Source: Selaginella moellendorffii (taxonomy: Eukaryota > Plantae > Lycopodiophyta). Taken from it: 64,000 nt of DNA. The translations under genes and the position numbers were made by a program. The stretch covers positions 531,697 to 595,696 of the forward strand of contig NW_003314361.1 of assembly GCF_000143415.4 (NCBI RefSeq), read 5' to 3'. This document shows, in pieces, positions 1 through 13,620 of this stretch. The notes under the pieces were generated by a model. It was not told where the DNA came from, did no database searches, and saw only the letters and a program-made list of their open reading frames with translations. Each line of letters opens with the position of its first letter. Position 1 is the first letter of the stretch.

Positions 1-706
1 TAGGCCTACATGACAACTTTTGACGAGTGAACCTTGAGAGATGAGCATTTCCATCTTGACTTATTTTGACTCACCTGCAACTTAAATGATCAATCAATGG
101 GTCTAAAGAGAGAAGGAAAAGCTTTTACCATGAAGTATTTGATATGCTAGATCTTTTCCTTTGCATGGCTCTTGAAGCTTATGCACAGCTATTCCAAGTC
201 TGTAGTCCTCTCCACATCTTTAGGCTCTAACTCTCAATTATCAAAATGTTCTTGCAGCTCTTTTTTGCTTCACGCTGTGTATCACTCCATCACTCACTGG
301 GTTCGTGGGTTCATTTGGATGGTTTCTCTGATCAAACAGCTTTTGTTGGATACATTAGGCATTTTCTCGGACAATCTCAATCTTTTGTCTGCAAGTTGAA
401 GGTTTGTTTGTTTTTTTTTTTTTTTTGGGGGGGGGGGTCCTCACTAAAGGGGCTAGAGAAAGCAAAGTAACACACACATACATAGCTCAATGTGAAAGGT
501 GTCACTCTTTTATAAATTTTGAGATTATTCATATGACATCTAGCCCTATATAGAGGAATCAAGGGTAATTATATGCAACATGCTTTATATCCCCTAAAGT
601 TAGGTATAGACAAAGAGCAAATATACAAATGAATATGCGTGTAAATCTATTTTTTAAATCAATTGAGCGACACTCAATTGTTAAAGGAAATATTCATCAT
701 TTTAAG

Positions 707-781
707 CATGAAACACCCTTTGTAAGGTGTGAACCACCCTTTATAAGACATGATCCACCCTTTGTAAAACATGATCCACAA
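707..781 (+). repeat. 21-bp tandem repeat, about 3.5 copies
   Basis: catgaaacaccctttgtaagg / tgtgaaccaccctttataaga / catgatccaccctttgtaaaa / catgatccacaa, followed by gtatatata. Confidence 0.8.
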
Positions 782-3334
782 GTATATATACCTTCTTATA
801 GAAGAGAAATTCCATCTAGTGAATATGTTCTATATAGGCAAAGTTATATAACTACTCTAGTAAGAGTTATAGCTCAATTTTTGCATATGTTAAATCACCT
901 TATGTGCTAATCAAACTTTTGCTAAACGAAGCAGTCGAGAGGATTTATGCCATAAATGCAAAACAAAGAGCTGTAGGCTTGCTACTAAGCGTATGCATCA
1001 ACCTTGGAGATATTGTTAGTATCACTTTAATCTTTAAAGAACTCGAACAAGCTTGGAGATATTAGAAAAGGGTTTTGTCTAAAAAGGTGAAATAGCTTCA
1101 GACACTTCTAGAAATTCTAAAATATATTATAAATTTAAAAAAATTATCATACAAGCTTGAACAAAGACTTGTATTGACCATAACTACCTGTTAGCGAAGA
1201 GGTTAGTGCGAAATTTACCTTGAAAAATATTTTTTATCTAAATCTGAAGTAAAGTCTTCCACAAATTAGCTATCACTTGTTTGAAATGTTACCTAATGTC
1301 ATTCTATAAGCAAATTGATTTAGAATAGGCTATCATGTGCTAAACAATTTGACCTTTATATTAATTCCACAGGATAATTTCATACATTGGTTTCTATGCC
1401 CCATTCAAATTAGTCTCTAGTATTGATCCATTTAAAAATGGTTTGCCTAAAATTTGCCAAGAGTGATAGGCCACTCTTTTTAATTTCACAGTTGTAAAGG
1501 CAAGGTTGGATATAATCCAGACCCACTGTGAAGCAAAAAGTTATTTTGGATTTAGTTATCACACGTCAAAAACCTTGCACTAAATTAATCTTAACCACAC
1601 TAGGTATGGGCAAAAAGGGAAAGTCCTCTTATACACTTAAGTGGAGAAATTGAGGATTGATGACCTTCTATAGTCCTGATAAAAGTTGAATGAGGGAATT
1701 GGGGTAAAAAAAACAAGAATGTTTATTAGCGATCCACCACATTTATTAGAAGATACATTTTTCTTATAGACTCAGACAGAAGTTGGTTAATCCCCACTTT
1801 ATGTGACTAAGCAAAAGTATAAGAAAGCAAAAACTAAACTATCTCGTGTGCCTAACTAAGCTAGCAAATGATAGATTTAACAAAACTACTTAAACAATTC
1901 GACAAATTATTGAGTGAAATATTTAACAATATTTTGTTTAAGGTATACAGAAGTCTGACTCTTAGTACTTTTACTATTGATAAAGAAGGTGTGATAATAC
2001 ATCTAAATTACTTTGTAGGTACATAATGTAAGCAAGAGAGTTATTTATACAAAAATAAAATAGTACTAGAATTTTTCATAGACAAAGAGATAGTCTGCCT
2101 ATTTGAGATAGATGCAAATTCTGAATATTATAATCTGTAAAGGATTTATAAATTTCTTCCTATTAGATAATTGTTAATATTTTATGCAATATTAGGCAAA
2201 TAAACTATTGTAGAAACTTTAACAATTCACAATAAAACTTGGATACCCATAAGAAGAAATACACTTGCTAATAATTTAGCTAATAGACATTGAATCAATT
2301 CTAAATCTGGATTGATAGGCAACAAAATTTTGTGGAGTAAAAATTTCTTAAGGTGGACCACACTTAAGTAAAATAAATATGCTGTGAAAAATATTATTTG
2401 CTGCTCAAGAAATTTTTAGATCTTTCATATAAGAAATATCCTAGACATTTGGCCTCTACAGGAAAACCATCCCCATTTCAAGATTTAATGTTCAGCTAGG
2501 TTTTGCTCTTAAGAGTGATTGATAAGCTAATTACAAGGAGAATACATTGTATACCAAAACTTTGTACCACTCACTCTATGAATGAGGCATAATAACTAAG
2601 CTTGCTATAGTAGCAATGCTAACAAACCTCAAAATATATAAACATAGACGAACAATTGATCTTATCTATAAAGCTTTAAAGGGCATAATCCCTATACATA
2701 AAATTGTCATTGTTTATACCAAATAAGGTGATAAATATACAAAATTTCCCTCACAATCTGATGAGTGGAAGGCAGTCTGAAAAAAAGTATTCACAAAATC
2801 TAGAACGAGATTATAAAGCACTTGCTCATGATATTTGCATTGTTAACCTCCCTTTAGAACAGACTAAATCATTTCTCAACCAAGTTAAAGAAAAGCTTGA
2901 AAGAGAATGAGTGAAAGCATATTGGGTACATCTCGGTGAAGAGGAGATTAAAAATCCCAATACGATTTTGACGGTCATCTAGAATATATGAATCCATATA
3001 CTACTCTTCTTTGGCAACATTGGCATATAAAAAACATTTTTACTTCAGTTGAGAGTAGTGGAATATAAAAAAATTAGAATGATTCCCCACAAAAGGAAGA
3101 AGAGCTAAATTTACAGCCCTTACCTCTCTAACAATGATCTAAGTTCCCTTATGAACCAAATACCTATTTTGCCTATATTAATTGCAAATTAAAGCATTTG
3201 TTGTCAAATTGTAATAAACACAATAGCAATTACAAGAATGGTAATAGACACCGTCATTACATATCCATCCTTTTTTGGAAATTGAAGAAGAGGACCTATA
3301 ACTGAATATTGAGCAATACACAGAAGCAATCAAA

Positions 3335-3850
3335 CTCAATCACGCAGATAGGTAGGAAAAGAATCTTTTCCCCTATACACTAAAAAAAAAGGCCAAAAAC
3401 TGGTACTATGATAATGATGTCAAAAAACTTGGCACATTTTATGAGTACATAACATTTTTCCTTAAAGCTTTCTCTATGGAAATAAACCTAAGATAAAACT
3501 ATAGTGAGTTGCAAAAGTTTCATCAAAGAAAATCCGAGACAATCAAAGAATATACAACTCGATTCAACAAATGTTATAAGCATTATAAAGAACTCAATTA
3601 CGCAAATGGGTAGGAAAAGAATCTTTTCCCTTATATACTCAAAAACAAAGCCAAAAACTGGTACTATAACAATAAACTCAAAAAGTTTGGCATATTTGAT
3701 GAATAAATAAAGTTTTTCTTTAAAACTTTCTTTATGAAAACAAACCCAAAAGAAAACTATGATGAGTTGCAAAAGTTTTATAAAAAAAAATTGAGATAAT
3801 TGAGGAATATACAATTTAATTCAACAAGCGTTATAAGCATTATAAAGACT
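3335..3850 (+). mobile_element. Degenerate retrotransposon gag (capsid) segment, tandemly duplicated (about 258-bp unit x2)
   Basis: Both units read approximately RIFPYILKNKAKNWYY...F...ENYDELQKF..K.ETIKEYTTRFNK, a Retrotrans_gag-like pattern with stops and frameshifts. Confidence 0.65.
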
Positions 3851-5201
3851 TAGTCTCAGATAAAATATGCCTATATCTATATATACAGGGCTTCAAAAAA
3901 ATTTATCATAAACATGCAATAAAGACAGTTTATATAGATTTTGATGACTTGAAAAAATATATGATTGCCTACCATAATCTCATAAAACAATATGAAATGG
4001 TAGATATGGTGAAGTTAAATGAAATGATGACTCTTATAAATAAGGAAACTAATCATCTAAGAAGCCTCAAATTGTAAATCAATCTCAAACAAAAAATTTG
4101 GTATACCAAATGAGGCATAGCAAGGTGATAAACAATTGAAAATCTCTTGCGAGTTTAAACCAAAAGATAAAGTCCTTTAGTATCAAGGCAAAATAGGCTC
4201 GTGGAAATAAATTCAAGAAAAAATGAAATAATCCATTGATTTTATTTAAGATATCAACTCCAAAAACAATTGAAGTGCACACCTTAAACAAGGACAATAT
4301 TGCAATATTAAATTTAATCTGTTCAAGGAAGTACCATGAAGATATAAACATAAATATTGTCTATATCTTAAAGTACAAATTATGGATAAGCTCATGAATG
4401 AAGCCCTCACAAGAATTTATCGTGATGAGCTACCTAAATGCATAAATAGAGTGGCCAATTGAATGAAAGAAAGGGGTCTAAAAAAATTCTACAAAGCTAT
4501 ATCAAACTTTGTAGAACCATAGGAAGCCAAACTGGTTTTTCAATTATAAGATCTTATAAAAATAGCTTTCAAAATGGATGGAGGGGATATTAAGATCACT
4601 CAAGATCTTATTTCTAAGCTTTTCTACCTCCCTATAGAGCTAGAACAAAGGAATTGAATAAAAGAAATAATATTTCCTGATAAAATCATATAGGGATCTA
4701 TTCATTTAGAACAGAGGGAAAATATATGTCCCTTGGGAAAGATTCATTTTTATGCTAAAGAAACCCTTATATATTTGAATGCTTTCTTTGATAGAGAAGT
4801 TCCAAGGAAAGAAATCAAAAGATACATTAGATAGATATTTCTTTCTCTAGAGCAAGCCTTCCTTCAAAATCTTGTTGGTATGGTATATAAAAATTTTCTT
4901 TAAGCAATATAAGATTTAGAGGAAAAGAAAAGAAAGGGTAAATACTCTAAGAGTAACATTTACATTTTTCTTGCCCAATTCTATAAACTCTGTTAACAAA
5001 CCATAAGGATTAATAAGTAGAGATTACTAGACCAATAAGAAAAATAATTTTTCATAATACATTTGCATACAAAAACAAATAAAGGCAAAAGGACAAAATT
5101 TAAGGCTAACGTAGTAAGGTAGGGCAATCTAGGTAATTTGGAAGTAACTAGGGAGATTCTTTTTCTCTCTCGCTCTTAACTTCTCACTCACTCTACCGCC
5201 A

Positions 5202-6042
5202 NNNNNNNNNNNNNNNNNNNNNNNNNNNNNNNNNNNNNNNNNNNNNNNNNNNNNNNNNNNNNNNNNNNNNNNNNNNNNNNNNNNNNNNNNNNNNNNNNNN
5301 NNNNNNNNNNNNNNNNNNNNNNNNNNNNNNNNNNNNNNNNNNNNNNNNNNNNNNNNNNNNNNNNNNNNNNNNNNNNNNNNNNNNNNNNNNNNNNNNNNNN
5401 NNNNNNNNNNNNNNNNNNNNNNNNNNNNNNNNNNNNNNNNNNNNNNNNNNNNNNNNNNNNNNNNNNNNNNNNNNNNNNNNNNNNNNNNNNNNNNNNNNNN
5501 NNNNNNNNNNNNNNNNNNNNNNNNNNNNNNNNNNNNNNNNNNNNNNNNNNNNNNNNNNNNNNNNNNNNNNNNNNNNNNNNNNNNNNNNNNNNNNNNNNNN
5601 NNNNNNNNNNNNNNNNNNNNNNNNNNNNNNNNNNNNNNNNNNNNNNNNNNNNNNNNNNNNNNNNNNNNNNNNNNNNNNNNNNNNNNNNNNNNNNNNNNNN
5701 NNNNNNNNNNNNNNNNNNNNNNNNNNNNNNNNNNNNNNNNNNNNNNNNNNNNNNNNNNNNNNNNNNNNNNNNNNNNNNNNNNNNNNNNNNNNNNNNNNNN
5801 NNNNNNNNNNNNNNNNNNNNNNNNNNNNNNNNNNNNNNNNNNNNNNNNNNNNNNNNNNNNNNNNNNNNNNNNNNNNNNNNNNNNNNNNNNNNNNNNNNNN
5901 NNNNNNNNNNNNNNNNNNNNNNNNNNNNNNNNNNNNNNNNNNNNNNNNNNNNNNNNNNNNNNNNNNNNNNNNNNNNNNNNNNNNNNNNNNNNNNNNNNNN
6001 NNNNNNNNNNNNNNNNNNNNNNNNNNNNNNNNNNNNNNNNNN
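5202..6042. other. Assembly gap (N run)
   Basis: 841 consecutive N. Confidence 0.99.
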
Positions 6043-9000
6043 AGTCCATCTATGCATCTGATAGTGACACACCTTTGGCTGATCAATCTAGCGAGATGAA
6101 GCAGCCATAGCAGTAGCAGATGCTACAGCACTACTACAAGGTCAAGGCTAGCTGCACCTTCGCTCACAAGACCACAAGTCAGCCAAGCGAGCCAGCAATC
6201 TGAAGCTTTATGGAGGAGCTTGCTCAACACACCAACAAAACATGCAAGAAGCCGGTTGATACAACTGGTAGAAGAAGAAGAAACAACAAAATATTGTACA
6301 CAGGTCTTAAGTTATCTCAAGACAATCATTAAGAAAGTGGATGGACTCATAGGCAAGCAAAATCATCAACACCACATAATCCAAGAACTCAAGAGCACAA
6401 TCCCAGCTTCCACATCCACTGATGACAATCTATGCCGAAGTATTGAGCTTATCACTATGAAGACCAAGCTTAACAACCTGGAGTAGGTTTTGGAAAATTT
6501 GACTACATAAGAATAAGCAATAGCTTTGTCATGAGGGAGTGATAAAGAAGTAAATGTTTTATATTGTGTATCATCTTAGGCAAACCAAAAGAAAAAAACT
6601 TAGGCAAAATGGAGTTATGCCTAAACTTAGGCATAAAAAAAAAAAGACTCAACCTAGGCAATGCTCGTCATAGACAAGCGAAAAGTAGTTAAGAAAGGTT
6701 ACAAAATCATTAAGTATATAAATAGCACTTCAATGTGCTGGAAAACAACCCCCACTCACTATTGTATGCATTTGTATTGAATTAACCATTTTTTCTCCCA
6801 CCTATAACTGTTTTTACAAAGTAAAGTTGAAAGAGTGACATATGTTTATCCTTATTCATGCTTTTGGGGTTTGAGGCTGAGTTCTCTTCTATTCTCCTAT
6901 CAATTTTTCTTTTCTTCTTTTCTTCTCTACATTCTTGTTTCTTTTGTTTTCTTTTTTCTTTTTATCACTATTTTGCAGGCATGGGCAAGAATGTGAGTAT
7001 AAGTAGAAAAAACTTTACTCAAAAGCATGAGGCTAAATGTTCAAACTCATGGTGATGAAATGAACCTTAAGAGTGATCATATTTTCTAGCTTGGTTATAA
7101 GCTTAGTGAGATTTCCTGATTTGGAGAGCATTTGACACAATGATCAAAGGATTGCATATATTAAGTAAGTGAAGGAGTATCTGGTCTACTTCAAGAAGAA
7201 TGGAAGCATAGAAAATCTAGGCAGTGGAAGGGCTGGATGACAACACCAAACATGAACTAAGAATAAACATGTAGAACTATTCAGTTATAGGTAATATATC
7301 TTATTCTAGAGTGATATTTCCACTATAAAATGATTATAACAAACAAGGTATTAAAAGTGTAGTGTTTGGTTTAGAAATGGCTCACTTGCTTGTATACTCT
7401 TTGCTCTTTACTATGGCTTCAATCTTGCCACTAGCATATAGTCTTGGCTGCAAACTGCCAAGCTCCCATTTTCTACTACTACCAGGCACTTGAATCTCCA
7501 TAAGCATCCTTCCCAATTGCTGGAAATTCCTGCAAAGAACTATTATGCAATGTTCTTAAATCTTGCTTGATCCAATTTATGATATGGGTTGCTGAAATCT
7601 CTTAATCTCCTACTGGCTTTATGCTCTGCTTGCTACTGCTTCCTGCTTAGTCCCTTTGCACGGCTTGGTGCCTTGATGCAACGCCTCAAGCATCTAGCGC
7701 ATCTACCAAAAGCTTCAAGCATTGCAAAAAGGGACTACAATCAAGAGGCTCATCCTCCTCCTTGTCTTTGGCCTCCTAGCCAGCAAGTGCCATGCCTAGG
7801 ATCAGGGAGCCAATTGCTCCAATACCATGGTAGTAGTGAAGAGACGTGCACGAGGATGAAGAACTTTCTCTATGTATTCAACTGTATATGGATGGTACAT
7901 ATATATGGAACTATTACCATGTAGGCATAACTACATGCCACATCGTCTCTACCTCTAATAGAGGAGTATGAAACTCCTACACCCATGTTCTCATTGTTAT
8001 AATGGGCCTCACTAATACCTATTCATCCTATGTGACAACTTTTGAAGAGTGTCAAATTTGATTCAACACTACAAGGTGAGCATTCCATCTTGATTTGTTT
8101 CAACTCACCTGTGAGTAAACAATCAACCAATGCATCTAAAGAGGAAGAAAACCTTTACTGTGAAGTCTTTGATATGCACAGCTCTTGAAGCTTTCCACAC
8201 AACTGCTCCAAGTTTGTAGTTCTCTCCAAATCTTCTAGCTCCAACTCTCGGTTATCAAATCAATCCTGCAACTTTGAAGAAAGCAAAGTAAAAAAGCTTA
8301 TCCTCTACAAAACAGAGAGAGATGTTACCTTCAGCTTCACAAATTATTTCTGTTTGCTTCTGTCTCATCACAAGCTGGCAAATGTAAAAGTTAAAAAGCA
8401 TGAGGCTAAATGCTTAAACTCGATGAACCTTATATTGAGCTAATATTCATTTAGATTAATATTGATTTTATAAATTATAAATATAATTATAATATATAAA
8501 ATTTCTTAAACACTTACAAGTATATTCTAGCTTGGTTGATATGCAATTAAAAGTAATCTGGTGTTTATAAATATTTATAATTTAAAAATTTTCTTAAACA
8601 CCAAGTAAATTCTGAGAAACTATGGATTGATTCATATTGCTATGGTTTTGGCATGCTCATGCTTTCATGTTATTTTTCTCTTGTTATTTTCTTGCATCAA
8701 TATTTCAATATTGCTTCAGAAGTGCCTTTGCACTAAACTCTTATTTTATAAATGTACCAAGCTTAATAAGACAAGAATTTGTGAAGATAATTTTTAGATG
8801 ACAAAACTATTTGATGATCTTTTGGACTTGGTTTCCTGACATAGGTTCACAATACCTAGTTTTTATAACCAAGGGAATACTTTAAGAATATTCTATAGCA
8901 TGAAGTTTGGAATGCCTTAGGGTTGGTTAGGGTTCATTCTTTGTTCATTTCATTGGCAATACATTTTTTTGGGGATGGCAGAGGAGTGGCATATAAATCT

Positions 9001-9339
9001 TGATAAGGAGTATGGTTTTAATGATGATGGCCATGACAAAGAAACTCTTGATGATATTGTTGCAAGGCAAAAATGCTAAATTATTGAGGTTCAAAGCGAT
9101 GTTAAGGAGGTTAAAGATTGTGCCTTTCTCATTAAGGATTTTATATTTCATATAAATCTTGAAGGTGTGAATCAGTCTTGTATCTATGATATTACCATTG
9201 ATATGTGAAGCATGCCATATATTATAGTATTGTGGAATGAAAGTCATCACTAAATATTTGTGACAACTATAAGGTTTATTATTGGTTAAAATCATAGGAA
9301 AGTTATTGGTCTATTGATTTTTTTTTAAAAAGTTTACAA

Positions 9340-11172
9340 GCTATATTTCTTTGTGGTGGAAGAACTACATTAATGGTAATCCTAAGTTGACTTCTTGAAG
9401 TGATTTTAAAAAGGTTTTCCACACTTTATTTATCAAGAAGTTTAAAAAGGTTTACTAGTTGCTAAAGATCAAGTAGAGGGATGCATATCCCACAACTTTC
9501 ATGATCTTTACTTTAGTCTTACAGCATCTATAATGAGTTCTTAAAGAAAGTTAAGAAGGATATTCTAGTAACATTGACAATAGACCTTTTTGCCAAAATC
9601 ACTAGTCAACTTGGTCAACTATAGTCAACAAAATAGTCAACAGGGAAGTCAAAGTGATGATTAGTTAGCCAATGCTTCATATTCAGGGAAAAAGCAACCA
9701 TTATTGCGTTGGAGCTTGAAAAATAGAGATAGCAATGAAGCTAAAAGCTTTATTTGGACCAATAGAAGAAAATAAGATGAAGTGTAATTGTTTTTATTGC
9801 CATAAAGTTTTGAACATCATGGCAAAGACTATCTTTTTATGAAGGTGTTAAGGGGAATATAAAATTCATTATAGATACAACTCAAGAGTTTCCTGCTTTT
9901 CCACATCTCATGGCAAAAGTTTAAGAACCAAAGTCTTAAGTTCATATGAACTCTCTAAAGTTCAATGGTTTTGTATGCAATCAACTTATGAAAGCTAAAA
10001 AAGACATTTAGGGTAATGAGATTGGCATTCTTTTTCATCCAAGTGCTATTCACAACTTTTTTTTAGCTCCAAGGTGATATAAAAATTTAGTTTATTTATG
10101 AAAAAGAATTTGGTAATCTACAACATAGCATTCATGTTTATGGTGAATAAACTCCAAATGTTCTTCGTATAGATGTTCTTCTTAGGAAGGAATGGTTTTA
10201 TAACAAGAAACTAAGGATTGATTGAGAGTGCAATGTTCTACATATTGAGGTTGGTGCCTTGTGAAAGAAATTGTTAGGACAAACAATAATGATACTCCAT
10301 TGATTTGGAGTTAGTGAAGCATGGTATACCCATTTTTTTCTAATATAGTCATGTTTGATTTGGAGTATATTTATGGACATAGGGCTCATATGAACTACAT
10401 TTAGGAGGAGTTTTGTAATGCTGGATGAGTTACTTGATGATTTGCCCTCAGAGCATGGGATTCAATATAAGATTGACTTGGTTCTTGGAGCTACTCCTTA
10501 TCATCAACAGCTAACTCATACTAATCCTGCTAAATTTGAGGATAACTTGTTGAATACCTTCAGATAAGATAGACTTTTTAATTGACATGATGGGAATATA
10601 TTTTTCACTATCCTACCATTTAATCCCTTGTAGTTATAAAGATGCTATGTAGCATCTTTCTTCTTAACTATCACCACTAGGGTAGACCAAAAAGTCTTAT
10701 TTTCTCAATCGTCTTTATGGTGCTTAGTATTTTACAAAAATTGATTTAAGGTAAAGTATTATCAAATTTGTGTAAAGTCAGAAGATGTTTGAAGACCACA
10801 ATTCACATGATGACAGGTCAATATGAGTTTTTAGTGATGCTATTTGGTTTGACAAATGCTCTTTTGACTTTTTAGAAGTTAAGTTTTACAGCTTTACTTG
10901 GGGAAATTTATAATTAATTATTTTGATAATATCTTAGTGTTTAACTCTATAGTGGAGGAACATGAGATGTATATGTGAAGTGTTTTGCAACTTTTAAAGA
11001 ATAACAAACTCTATTTAAAGTTATCCAAGTATGAGTTTTTCTTGGAAGAGATTGGATATTTTGAATATTTGACTTTAGTGTATAGTGTGAGAGCTGATCC
11101 TACAAAGATCCAAGTTATAGTTGACTGACTTATACCTTTGACAGTGTATGATATTCATAATTTCTTTTGTAT
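9340..11172 (+). mobile_element. Decayed Ty3/Gypsy gag-protease-RT remnant
   Basis: WWKNYINGNPKLTS (gag); ILFHPSAIHNF (protease-like); DDLPSEHGIQYKIDLVLGAT; YFTKIDLR..YYQICVKSEDV; GQYEFLVMLFGLTNA; YFDNILVF (decayed YxDD); VRADPTKIQVIVD; many stops. Confidence 0.85.
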
Positions 11173-12649
11173 GTTGAGTAGTGGGGGATCCCTAACTATG
11201 CCTAGATGCTCAACACTTTACTCATCTCATGCTTTAGATGTATCTCCAAAACTCCATCTCTTCTCCCTGGCTTTTATACAGTGCATAAGAATATTCCAGA
11301 AATTAGAATATTCTCTAGATCTCTCGCTCTCTCTCAGGTGGCTAATGGCTGCATCCCAATAGGTGACCACAGTGGATCGGGCATGCTTGCTGCATGAAGA
11401 GAAGCTCTCAGCCTTCAAATGTCTGATGCAATGCCTATATTAGAGAACTATAGAAACTGGAGAAACCAAAATAAAGAAAAGAAACAAAGGAAATGGAAGA
11501 AGGATAGAGTTTGGAGTCATAGGGAAAACCACATGGGGAAAACTGTAAGTGCAAACTGAACCCAAGTCCATAAAGAAAAAGGAGAGAAAACCAAAGAAAA
11601 TGATATGAAAGTTGTGAAAACAGTGATCAATATAGAGAAGAGAATGGAAAATCAAAGTTAGAGGAAGAAGCACTCCCTTGGACCACAACCTTATGGGTTC
11701 TCAAGCCTTCAAGAAGTTCCTCAAGTCACCCAAGCATACAATGGAAAAATGAGAGAGATGTGTGTCAGGGATTTGGATAAGAAAAAGGTGTGGATGTCAG
11801 GACTAGTAGCTGTGGTGTTGGAGTGCTTCGTGCATGTGACCACAATTGTTGCAATTGATAGTAAAATTTTATTGCTCCTTTTTGGTGCTAAAGTATGAGG
11901 TGGTGGGTACACCATCCATCCACCATGCCTGAGTTTTGGTGTGTGCATCAGGTCCAACCAGCTGGGAGAAATCAGCTTCTAGAGTTGAGATTTATGGTGG
12001 TTATCTATTTTTGTTGATCCACTTTGTAACTTGACTTTCGTATGTTCAAACTTGTTGAAACTCTGCTGGAAGCTTTTTATGATCTGTCCCAATATAGTGA
12101 TGGTTAAAAGTCCTAAAACTATAGTGTGCATGGCAAGATATGGATGAAAATGTGAACTGGGCAAATGTAACAAAAGATAGACAATAGTGTAGGAAGTGAT
12201 TGTGACTGTGAAAGATGGTTATGAGTGAATCAGAGTGGTGAGAGTGGGATGTTGGAGAATGTGATATAGAGTAAGGAGAAAAAAGGAGTGATGCATAGCT
12301 TGGTAAACCTTGAGGTCCCAGACGAAAGAGATTAATGCCACCTCGAGAATTGGGATCCAAGAAAGAGACTTCTTCACAGTGGGTAGGGTCCTGGAAATTA
12401 CAAAGAAAAGTGAAATAATGAAAAGGAAAGAAAAAAAGAAAAGAAAATAAAGAAAAGAGTCACCATGTGAAGTGTTTGAGGAAGTGGTGATCTTATGCAT
12501 ATTGGAGCTTGACACCATTTTCATTTGAGAGAACATAAGCACCCCTGCCAATGTGCCATGTCATAAAAGAATGGACCAGTCCATAGTGGTGAAAACTTGA
12601 AAGTTGGAGTGTGGCTCTAGAGCCTCACTAAGTCGCCATGTTAGAATGG

Positions 12650-13620
12650 GCTGGCACAACAGGTCTTGTTATGTCTTGAGTTTGAGTTTGGTGCATTGGG
12701 CATGTCTTGTAGATGTCTGAAGTTGTTCTTCCAGAGCTAGAATCTCCCATGCTTAGGCCTGTAGTATGTCCTCCATCATCCCAAACACTGCCTCATGATG
12801 AAGAGAGAACTTGAAGCTCAATGGGGAGTATAGCTTCTATCCCATACACCAAAGAGAATGGTGTTGTTGCAACTAATGTCTTGTACATTGTCTTAAATGC
12901 CCAGAGTACTGTGCAGAGATGTTTGTGCCATCTCTGAGGATGTCTGTTCACCAACTTTGCTAGCAGTACCTTCATGATCTTCTTGTTGGATTCAGCCTGT
13001 CCATTGGATTGAGGAAAATAGCTGCTACTATGGACATGTTGAATCTTCAAGAGCTGGAGAAGGTGTTGAACGACCTGGCTTTAGAAATCCTCCACCTTTG
13101 TCAAAGATGAGCTCTGTGGGGATGCCAAAGTGACACACGATGTGCTCGTTGTTGTTGAGTACTAATCTACACATCTGAGGGGAACAGCCTCAATCCATTT
13201 GGTGAAGTAATCTATTGCAATGAGGAGCTAACAATATCCAATGGAGCTGGGAGGAGATGTTGGGCTGAAAAAATCCAAGCCCCACCTGAAGAATGGACTT
13301 GAGAAAGACATGGGATGCTGCTCCGAGGGTTGTGTTGTTGGCATTATAGACCCTGTTGTGCATACTCCTTGGTGTCCTTGTGGATTGTTGGCCAGAAGTT
13401 GCCATGTAGAAGGAGTTGTGCTATTATGTGAAAAGCTTTGGAGTAGAGCAAGAATCTCAGTCGCTATGACACATCGGAGAAGAAGGCCCTGAGCAATATG
13501 ACGGTATAGTGTGCTGTTGAGGAGGCAATAGTCTCGGGTCTGCCACTGCAAAGCTTGTTGTTTCAAGTGTGGGAGGTCTGATGGAGGAGTGCTTATCTCC
13601 AAATACTTCACTACATTCTC
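12650..13620 (-). mobile_element. Decayed Ty3/Gypsy integrase remnant
   Basis: LYRHIAQGLLLRCV, FFRWGLDF, IAIDYFTKWIEAVP, SSYFPQSNGQAESNK, VLWAFKT, TTPFSLVYGIEAILPIEL, spread over shifted frames. Confidence 0.9.

Noticed and set aside
1150-3100. Possible integrase or other pol remnants
   Set aside because: Too degenerate to call beyond general TE-like composition
5129-6086. Three ORFs of about 300 aa
   Set aside because: Artefacts of reading through the N gap
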